This document shows positions 8,265 through 17,005 of a DNA stretch of 18,081 nucleotides, in pieces. Source of the DNA: Octopus sinensis (taxonomy: Eukaryota). A program made the position numbers and the translations under genes. Every line of letters begins with the position of its first letter. The first letter of the stretch is position 1. The stretch is from NCBI RefSeq assembly GCF_006345805.1, contig NW_021824645.1, forward strand, positions 1 to 18,081, given 5' to 3'. The notes under the pieces were generated by a model, which did not search any database, was not told the DNA's origin, and worked only from the letters and a program-made list of their open reading frames with translations.

Positions 8265-11082
8265 GCCAGAACAACCTGCCATCCTCTACACACCATCATA
8301 AACTGCGAGCAGGGTACAAATTGTTGTCCTTAAATGCTCGCAGTTTATGCAACAAAATACATTTGTTCAACGCCTACGTCAGAAGTGTTGACCCTGACTT
8401 CATCACTGTCACGGAAACATGGGCGCATTCCTTACTCTGTGATGGGGTTTTCAACATTACGGGGTACACCTCTTCCGTAAGGACCGCACTAACCGCCGTG
8501 GTGGTGGTGTGATGGTCTACGTTCGTTCAAATTTTTTGGTAATTCCTTGTGCCGATTTGAACGAATCACAAGAAGAAGTTTTTTTTCTGTGACGTGCGTA
8601 TGACCATGTCAACACTCCTGCTTGGCGTTGTTTATCGTCCCCCAAGTTACCATCGGGACACACAGCTTTGCAATGTCCTCCGAGCTGCTGCCAGGAAAAC
8701 AGCCACTTATGTGTTTATTGCAGGCGATTTCAATCATCCTGAGATCGATTGGGAGACCTTCCATTGGCCACAGAGTGCAAACGATTTTGTTGAGCTTGTG
8801 CTGGACTCAAACTGGTCACAAGTAGTCACCTCTCAACAAGAGGCGACAACACCTTGGACCTGCTCTTCACCACAACTCCTGAAGCGGTTATCAATTGCAC
8901 TACGGAGGAACCTCTAGGTGACTGATCATGCTATGATCATCGCCAATCTGGCTCTTGCGGGCAACAAAAACCTGAACCATCTCCAATCTGCTTCCTTCGA
9001 TGGAAGAGAGCAGATTGGAACCTGTACCACACTGAACTACAGCACCCAAACTGGCGTGAATTCTACAACTCTGGAGATGTGAATACTATACTCCAGAGTA
9101 TCCTGGACTCAATATGGGCAGCATGTGCAGCATCAGTTGCCACGTAAACAAAAAAAGAAGAACTGCCCCAAAAGGGCAATTTGGGAAACTTCAGCGGTCC
9201 GACTTGCCAGGAGGGAACGTCGGACTGCTGAACGGGAATACAGGTTGCATAAATCAGACACCAACAGGAAGAAGCGGAATAAATCCTCCAACCATCTCAA
9301 GCAAGTGACAAAAAAAGCAGTGCTTGAATTTGAACAGTGCATAGCAGCCAATCCTGACAGCAAGGTTTTCTGGAAATATGTGCATTCAAAGCAGAGACCT
9401 CACTCTCCAGTGGGCCCTCTTCGCAACCCTCACACAAACCAGATCACTGACGACCCCAAGGAATGCGCAGAACTCATTGCCGAGTGCTATGCAAACATAT
9501 TCACTGTTGAAAGTCAAAATGTACCATCTTCACCATCACTAACAGCAAACTCCATAACAACTATGGAATTTACACCTGCAATGCTGCGACGTCACCTTCA
9601 AAATAAGCGCAACTATGCCTCCCCTGGTCTCGATGGAGTTACATACCTGCTTCTCAAACGTGGCAGGCACTTCCTTTTACACCAGCTTTCTATTTTCTTC
9701 CAGTACTGTCTCAACAATGGTGCTACTCCGGAGCAGTGGAAAACTGCCAGTGTCATTCCTCTGTTCAAAAAGGGCGACCGCACATCACCTGTCAACTATC
9801 GCCCAGTCAGTCTCACTAGCTGTATTGCAAAACTGATGGAATCGTGTGTCAGAGAACACTCTGGAACTTCTGGAGCTCTCACAGTCTCATCCGACCCTCA
9901 CAATATGGATTTGTCCCTAACTCCAGCTGCAGTGACCAGCTTGTCGAGTTCCTTGAGGACATTACTCAGATTACTGACAGTGGCTCATGGGTGGATGTTG
10001 TCTACCTTGACTTTGCTAAGGCTTTCAACTCTGTGCCACACAAAAGGCTTATGGTGAAACTCTCTGCAATGGGTGTGGGGGATGACCTTTTTAACTGGTT
10101 GAAATCCTTCATCCTCAGCCGAAAGGAGGTAGTCACAGTTCTAGGACAGCACTCTACACCATATGAGATGTCATCGGGTGTACCACAGGGATCTGTCCTT
10201 GGTCCCCTCTTGTTTGTGGCATACATTAACGACATAGATGCCAATTTAAAGAATGCCACAGTATTGAAATATGCAGACGACATCAAGCTGTACCTTGAAA
10301 TCAAGAGGACAGATCCTGATGTCTACAACTCTTTCCTGCAATCAGACCTAGACACAATGCAGCAATGGATCACAGACTGGCAACTGAAACTGGCTGTGGA
10401 CAAGTGTACCACCATGCATTTTGGGAGAAAAAACCCTGCGTTCACATACTCCCTCCACAACACTGATATCAAGAAATCCTCTTGTGAGCGTGACCTAGGC
10501 ATCACTGTCAGCAGTGATTTGCGTTGGTCAAAGCATATTTCTAAGATTGTCAGGAAGGCCGAGGGTGTCTTGGCATCACTCAGCAGGTCTTTTGTTAGCC
10601 ACTCTCCAGCCATCTATTTAAAACTGTATACAGCTATGGTACGACCACACTTGGAATTCGCATCATCAGTTTGGAACCCCTATCTTGCACAGAACATTGA
10701 TCTCCTGGAATCTGTCCAGAGACGTGCAACCAAACGCATACCCTCCATCAGACACCTACCATATTCTGAGCGCCTTGTTTCCCTGGGCATGGATTCACTG
10801 AAGCTCCGGCGTTTGGCGACGGACTTGGTAAACACCCACAAAGTTATCAACCACCTCACCAACAACAACACTGAACACCTTTTTGATCTCCATGTGTCTA
10901 ACACACGTGGACATGCCTACAAAGTCAGAAAACAATACAGCTCCCATGACTTTCGGAAACATTTTTTCACGCTCAGAGTTGCTGAAGCATGGAATAAACT
11001 GCCTGCGTCAGTTGTTGACTGCCATGACACTGCATCTTTTAAGGCCCTCATGCTTTCCGAAATCCGCCGAAACTACACCTGA
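8237..11082 (+). CDS. LINE ORF2 protein (APE endonuclease + reverse transcriptase), interrupted by seven 1-2 nt indels
   Basis: Endonuclease motifs LNARS, TETW, RKDR..RRGGGV, VVYRPP, IAGDFN, TRGDNTLDLLF and DH. RT motifs VIPLFKKGDR...NYRPVSLTS, QYGF, YLDFAKAFNSVPH, SGVPQGSVLGPLLF, YADD, ERDLGI, VRPHLEFASSVWNP and LESVQRRATK. Confidence 0.92.
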
Positions 11083-11239
11083 TTATATATACACTTTAGA
11101 TGAGTTGTAGTGCACCTGAGCACTGTACCCAATTATTATTATTATTATTATTATTATGGGAATGTAATTTTCACTTGTATATATCTGATATGCTTTCATA
11201 ATTACTGTTGTATTGAATCATCATTGATAGATCTAGATC

Positions 11240-11350
11240 AGCAGCAGTCATTGCTGTTATCACTAACTCAAAGTGTAGGTTACTTAAGGTGAGCCTGTTA
11301 ACTGATGGTTTTGGGGTCTTGTTGTTTGTAACAATGGTACAACCTTCAAG
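11240..11350 (+). repeat. Motif B copy 2
   Basis: AACTCAAAGTGTAGGTTACTTAAGGTGAGCCTGTTAACTGATGGTTTTGGGGTCTTG aligns to 5793-5849. Confidence 0.8.
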
Positions 11351-11508
11351 GTGGTAAAATTCTCTGCCATTAATTCAATGAACGGGTAATATCAGTAGCT
11401 GTTGATCCTTGAAAGTTTATCAAATTCAATTTTCAATAAGGTAAAATCTTAAATTATTAATTGACACATTATTAATTAGCATAACAGCATAGCCTGAAAA
11501 AAACATGG

Positions 11509-12164
11509 ATTACATGGAAAAATGCAAGCAAGAGAAATAATATTAAGATTATAAACTTGGAAAAGTACAGGACACTTGGAAAAGTTTAGGGCAAGTTATT
11601 ACATCTGGTAAAGTACAGAAGAACATTTTTACTTAAAATATAGCAGCTAAGAATAAACTATGAAAATTAAAAATCATTTGATTTTAATTTACAAAGTAAC
11701 ATTATAATTAAAAAAGGTAGCATCATCTTGGTAAAATATTGGCATACTTTATAGACGTAGGAGTGGTTGTGTGGTAAGTAACTTGCTTACAAACCACATG
11801 GTTCTGGGTTCAGTCCCACTGGGTGGCACCTTGGGCAAGTGTCTTCTACTATCGCCTCGAGCCGACCAAAGCCTTGTGAGTGGATTTGGTAGATGGAAAC
11901 TGAAAGAAGCCTGTCGTATATATATGTGTGTGTGTGTGTGTGTCTATGTTTGTCCCTACAACATCGCTTGACAACAAATGCTGGTGTGTTTACGTCCCCG
12001 TAATTTTTAGTGTTAATGAAAGCTAATATTTTGTAAATCTAAATATTTTATTTAAAATTTTATCCTTAGCTGCAATATTTTAAGTAAATATTTTCTTGTT
12101 CTGTACTTTACCAGATGTAATAGCTTGTCCTGAACTTTCCCTTGCTCGCATTTTTCCATGTAAT
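11509..12164. repeat. Diverged inverted repeat (arms ~11509-11697 and ~12028-12164) enclosing a SINE
   Basis: ATTACATGGAAAAATGC(A/G)AGCAAG and TATTACATCTGGTAAAGTACAGAA...TTTACTTAAAATAT.GCAGCTAAG occur on + in the left arm and on - in the right arm. Confidence 0.85.
11753..12003 (+). mobile_element. tRNA-derived SINE (CORE-like segment), 3'-truncated
   Basis: A-box-like TGGTTGTGTGG (11764-11774), B-box-like GGTTCAGTCCC (11807-11817), then ACCTTGGGCAAGT as in the CORE-SINE core, and an internal (TA)(TG)n. Confidence 0.85.
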
Positions 12165-12559
12165 ACTCATAGCTCTTCCTCAGGTCAACTAAATTGTGTC
12201 ACCTGCCCCAACCTTCACTAAACAATTTACTCATTCATTCTTTCTCAAACACAATTATGTATAGGGATACACACATAAATTAAACAGTTCAGATCAAAAC
12301 AGACACCACAAAGATGTGAATACATATACACAGATCCTAGCACACAAACAGAATAGGAACACAAACACCTGATACAAATGATTGAATTCAAACTGAATAA
12401 AAAACAGGTTAATTGCCATGTCAATTACAACAACCATCAAGTAAAAGTGGATGAAGAGGAATTACTTGAAGAAATATTGAAGGATGAAACTTGGTAGTAA
12501 GGTAAATTGGAAGGATATCCAGTTATGAATAAACACATACGCACACACACAGACACTGG

Positions 12560-12782
12560 TTTCTGTAATGTGGAGATCCACTACATGAATCCTATTTCCC
12601 CACTGATTCCATGCTACATGCAAGTCAAAGAGAAAATGTTTCACATTAAGGAAATTTTCATGAGCACTTTAGTAATTACACAGCCCTGCCTGTGCACAAG
12701 TGAGATGAGGGCTACTACCCAGACAGGACATTGATTGGTTACAAACATTCATGATCTACTTATCAAATGCCTTTGCAAAGTC

Positions 12783-12788
<6 letters not shown>
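12560..12788 (-). mobile_element. Highly degenerate CR1-type RT remnant
   Basis: Minus strand YLDFAKAFDK-(V)-DH at 12752-12788, with a weaker HGISGE..G...WI-like segment near 12580-12615. Confidence 0.55.
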
Positions 12789-12821
<33 letters not shown>

Positions 12822-12835
12822 TAGATAGATAGATA
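12787..12835. repeat. (TA)n-(GATA)n microsatellite
   Basis: Direct inspection. Confidence 0.95.
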
Positions 12836-12840
12836 TGTTA

Positions 12841-13059
12841 TGTTGCCAGTACTGCCTGACTGGCCCTCATGCTGGTGGCACGTAAAAGCACCCACTACAC
12901 TCTCAGAGTGATTGGCGTTGGGAAGGGCATCCAGCTGTAGAAACTCTGCCAGATCAGATTGGGGCCTGGTGCAGCCATCTGGCTCACCAGTCCCCAGTCA
13001 AACCATCCGACTCATGCCAGCATGGAAAGCAGAAGTTAAACGATGATGATGATGATGAT
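12841..13059 (+). mobile_element. 5'-truncated RTE copy (3' UTR only) with (GAT)n tail
   Basis: Collinear with the reverse complement of 2751-2960: GGTGGCACGTAAAAGCACCCACTACACTCTC...GGAAGGGCATCCAGCTGTAGAAACT...CAGATCAGATTGG.GCCTGGTGCAGCC...ATGCCAGCAT.GAAAGCAGA.GTTAAA-(GAT)n. Confidence 0.9.
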
Positions 13060-13074
13060 ATATATAATATATTA

Positions 13075-13441
13075 TGGCACTCCATCGGTTATGATGATGA
13101 GAGTTCCAGTTGACCCGATCAAACTAACAGCTTGTTTGTGAAAATAACATGCAAGTGGCTGAGCACTCCACAGACATGTTTAGCCTTAACGTAGTTCTCG
13201 GGATATTCAGTGTGACAAAGCTGGCCCTTTGAAATACAGTTACAACAGAAACAGGAAGAAACAATGAGAGAAAGTTGTGGTGAAAGAGTACAGCAAGGTG
13301 CGCCACCACACTCTGCCAGAGCCTCGTGGAGCTTTAGGTGTTTTCGCTCAATAAACACACACAACACCCTGTCCGGGAATTGAAGCCGCGATCCTATGAC
13401 CATGAATCTGTTGCCCTAACCACTGGGCCATTGTACCTCCA
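13075..13441 (-). mobile_element. Full-length tRNA-derived SINE (second family)
   Basis: Minus strand begins TGGAGGTACAATGGCCCAGTGGTTAGGGC (A box 13420-13430) and GGCTTCAATTCCC (B-box-like 13375-13387); ~365-bp body. Confidence 0.75.
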
Positions 13442-13584
13442 CATATTATATATACACACATATATTTTTCATCAAATTGATGCCACAATAGCTAGTGTGA
13501 AAAATGACAAAATTTCATGATTTTTGAAAAATTGATGCTGATGAAAAATCGGCTTTTCTAAAATTCCAAGCGCATAAGTGAACA

Positions 13585-13695
13585 CATGGGCATAAGCCTC
13601 ACACACGTCAAGTTTCATCATGGTCAGTTGGATAGTCTCAGAGGAGTTAAAGTAACAAATTCACAAATACACTAACTTGCCATTTATTATTATTA
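13585..13695 (-). mobile_element. Possible old Helitron-family remnant
   Basis: Shares an exact 14-mer GTCAAGTTTCATCA (13607-13620 vs 17286-17299) and TGCC(A/G)TTTAT at similar spacing with the Helitron at 17039-17391; no intact termini found. Confidence 0.4.
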
Positions 13696-13743
13696 TATAT
13701 ATATATAACTATAATATAAAAAAAAAATTTTCAGAATGAGATA

Positions 13744-13826
13744 AAAATTGGTCATTCCAAGTATAGAGTTTTAGATAATACACTTGATTCAATAGCACTG
13801 TGTACAAGCTTGGAATGACCAATTTT
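13744..13826. repeat. Short foldback, perfect 18-bp inverted repeat
   Basis: AAAATTGGTCATTCCAAG (13744-13761) / CTTGGAATGACCAATTTT (13809-13826). Confidence 0.9.
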
Positions 13827-13926
13827 AAATACTATTGGATTTTACTCATAAGGTATTGGAATCCTATATGTATACCATTCTGCCTAAATAATGGATCTCT
13901 CACATCTATTTTCATTCCTCCACTTC

Positions 13927-14176
13927 ACAACATATGATATACTTACATATACGAACGTCGATACATACATATATACGCACGTATGTACATGACCAGCTTA
14001 AATTTCCCACCAAACAGCTCCCCAATATGGTCAGAATAAACAGCGCAGTGAATATAATGACGAAATTTATAAATTTATATAAATAAGGATAAGATCGATA
14101 TTTAAGCTGGTCATGTACATACATGCATATATATGTATGTATAGATGTTTGTATATGTAAGTATATCGTATGTTGT
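13927..14176. repeat. Foldback element, 77-bp arms, 96-bp spacer
   Basis: 13927-14003 is the reverse complement of 14100-14176 with 6 mismatches. Confidence 0.92.
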
Positions 14177-14421
14177 ATATATATATACATGTATTTGTAT
14201 TTATGTGCTGAGTATATTCCACTGAAGAAGGCAGAGCAAAATGCAGATATTCCAGGATCTGGAATTATCCAGTAATTTTTTGCTAGTATATTTTGCCTCT
14301 TTGTCTTCTCTCCTAGTGCGATATGAACATTTAATGTGGCTTTAGGGTCAGGTTTTGACTGCTATTTCAACATGGTGGTATCTCTCAGATACCCTAAATT
14401 ATAATTTTATATATATATATG

Positions 14422-15513
14422 TATGGACACATAAGAGGTGCAGCAATGTCAAAGGAAGGCTAACTAGGAAGATGGTTTTTGTATGTGGCAGATGCTCAGG
14501 AACAATAAACACTGAAAATGCTGAGACCAACTTCCGTCACTTTCCAGGGAGAAAAACTAGAAATAGTTGATAGTTTCCGTTACCTAGGTGACCAAGTCAG
14601 CAGCGGGGGCGGGTGTGCTGAAAGTGTAACTGCTAGAGTAAGAATAGCTTGGGCAAAGTTCAGAGAGCTCTTACCTCTGCTGGTGACAAAAGGCCTCTCG
14701 CACAGAGTGAAAGGCAGACTGTATGATGCGTGTGTACGAACAGCCATGCTACATGGCAGTGAAACATGGACCGTGACTGCTGAGGATATGCATAAGCTCG
14801 CAAGAAATGAAGCCAGTATGCTCCGATGGATGTGTAATGTCAGTACTCATACTCGGCAGAGTGTAAGTAGCTTGAGAGAAAAGATGGACCTAAGAAGCAT
14901 CAGTTGTGGTGTGCAAGAGAGACGTTTGCGCTGGTATGGTCATGTGGCGTGAATGGATGAAGATAGTTGTGTGAAAAAGTGTCACACCCTAGCGGTTGAG
15001 GGAACCTGCAAAAGAGGCAGACCCAGGAAAACTTGGGACAAGGTGAAGCACAACCTTCGAACTTTAGGTCTCACTGAGGAAATGACTAAAGACCGAGACC
15101 TCTGGAAGTGTGCTGTGCGCGAGAAGACCCAGCAGGACAAGTGAGTCCATAACCTGTGGCCTTCTACATGGGATGGAGCCAGCCTACGTATGCATACCTT
15201 CCCTTCTTGGGACACAAAACTCTACTTGTGAAGACCTGTTGAGGCAAGTGAGGATCAGAATCGAAATCAATCAATGGAAATTGCAGATGTGTTACCAGTG
15301 CCGGTGGCATGTAAGAGAACCAATCGTTCGTGACCGTTGCCAGCGCCGCCCCGACTGGCCTTGTGCCGGTGGCACGTAAAAAGCACCATCCGTTAGTGTC
15401 CATTGCCAGCCTCGCCTGGCCCCCGTGCCGGTGGCACATAAAAAGCACCATCCATTCGTGGCCGTTTGCCAGCTCTGTCTGGCACCTGTGCGGGTGGCAC
15501 GTAAAAAGCACCC
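14422..15513 (+). mobile_element. 5'-truncated RTE-clade LINE (RT C-terminal region plus 3' UTR with tandem array; tail missing)
   Basis: WTHKRC..FVCGRC, frameshift ~14520, EIVDSFRYLGDQV, ARVRIAWAKFRELLPLL, MLHGSETW, ERRLRWYGHV, premature TGA at 14950-14952, RGRPRKTW, DRDLWK, stop at 15144. 3' UTR motif GAAGACCTGTTGAG.CAAGTGA shared with the 2751-3966 copy. Confidence 0.92.
15298..15513 (+). repeat. Tandem array of 62-65-bp units in the RTE 3' UTR (3.5 units)
   Basis: GTGC(C/G)GGTGGCA starts at 15298, 15363, 15425 and 15488. Confidence 0.92.
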
Positions 15514-15849
15514 ATGGGTTTTGCAGTAAATCACTAAATCATCCATATCTTTTGTATTATCCTCTCAAATTACACCAAAATCTCAGAAAATAACAATTAA
15601 TATTGTATTTATTGTCTGTGAAAATTATAGAATATAAAAATACTTTGATAAAAACTTGTACTTACTTTACTGACGAAAACAATGCCGTTCTGAACATTTT
15701 GACCGCAACTGTATATATACACATATACATACGAATATATATATATAGTTAATCCAAAGATGAAAACACAAAGAGAAACCACAACAACGCGAGGACGTGG
15801 AACAAGTATAGTATTAATGGACGCTCAGGAAAGGAAAGAAAGGAGGAGG

Positions 15850-15884
15850 ATTTAATGTTTCGAGCAGAGCTCTTCGTCAGAAAT
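15850..15884 (-). ncRNA. Minimal type-I hammerhead ribozyme motif of the Penelope-associated kind, probably inactivated
   Basis: Minus strand ATTT-CTGACGA-A-GAGC-TCT-GCTC-GAA-ACAT-T-AAAT: stem I ATTT/AAAT, core CUGACGA, stem II GAGC/GCUC, GAAA. Confidence 0.6.
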
Positions 15885-16002
15885 ATAGGAAAAGGAAAGA
15901 TTCAAGGAAGGGAAGACAGAGGAAAAAAAAAATCGCCAACGATACACATGCGCTCACATGTTGTGTGTGTGTGTGTATATATATGTATATATATATATCA
16001 CA

Positions 16003-16229
16003 AATAAGAAAATGGAGGAGAACAATAGGTGGTTCATCAACTTTTGGACGTTAAAATGTTAACTTATTTATTTATCAAACTGATAATTATCTCTTATATC
16101 TTATATGCAAAGAATAATATGCTATACGTATGTATGTTATTATAATTATCAGTTTAATAAATAAATAAGTTAACATTTCCATGTCCAAAAGTTGATGAAC
16201 CACCTATTGTTCTCCTCCATTTTCTTATT
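16003..16229. repeat. Foldback/MITE-like element, 88-bp arms, 51-bp spacer
   Basis: 16003-16090 is the reverse complement of 16142-16229 with 4 mismatches. Confidence 0.92.
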
Positions 16230-16402
16230 AAATTAATGGTAAAATATCTCTTTACCTTCACCCATTTAATACACTAGGTAATGTAATTGCAATGCAATAA
16301 AAAAACACTTGTGTATTAATAATTGGACATTGTATCAGCAATATATTGGATAGATATTATCCCTTAGTGGGTTGGATTCACAACCGCTAACTTTCTTGGA
16401 GT

Positions 16403-16453
16403 TATATATATATGTATATAATGTATATAAATATATATTTATATATAATGTAT

Positions 16454-16484
<31 letters not shown>

Positions 16485-16595
16485 GGTATATATATATTTA
16501 TATATAATGTATGTATATATATATATAATATATATATATATATATAATATATATATATGTATAAGGTATATATATATATTTATATATAATGTATG

Positions 16596-16627
<32 letters not shown>

Positions 16628-16965
16628 ATATATACATATAAACATATATATATATATATAAGGTATATATATATATACATATATTATATATATTATATAT
16701 ATATATATATATTATATATAAGGTATATATATATACATATAAACATATTATATATATAAGGTATATATATATATACATATATATAAACATATATATATAT
16801 ATATATAAGGTATATATATATATACATATATATAAACATATATATATTATATATAAGGTATATATATATATACATATATATAAACATATATATATATATA
16901 TATATAAGGTATATATATATATACATATATAATATATATATATAAGGTATATATATATACATATA

Positions 16966-17005
<40 letters not shown>

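Larger units (their letters stand above)
6555..11157 (+). mobile_element. Near full-length CR1-group LINE (two ORFs, 3' stem-loop, (ATT)n tail, candidate 10-bp TSD); 5' boundary uncertain (6555 or ~6827)
   Basis: ORF1 and ORF2 as listed below. 3' UTR hairpin AGTGC-ACCTGA-GCACT at 11109-11124, (ATT)8 tail at 11132-11157, and TATGGGAATG at both 6545-6554 and 11155-11164. Confidence 0.88.

Noticed and set aside
11753-11830. tRNA gene
   Set aside because: A and B boxes are present, but no full cloverleaf forms and it continues into a SINE body; the same applies to 13370-13441.
12405-12510. Purine-rich exon-like stretch VNYNNHQVKVDEEELLEEILKDETW on +
   Set aside because: No polypyrimidine acceptor, no recognisable homology, and it ends in tandem stops.
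15298-15513. CRISPR-like pattern (24-bp palindromic repeat with ~38-bp spacers)
   Set aside because: Spacers are homologous to each other, the unit occurs singly in other RTE copies, the context is eukaryotic and there are no cas genes.
15560-15700. Possible GIY-YIG C-terminal remnant plus second hammerhead-like CTGACGA at 15670
   Set aside because: GAAA box and stem I are missing and the protein resemblance needs several frameshifts; too degenerate to support.
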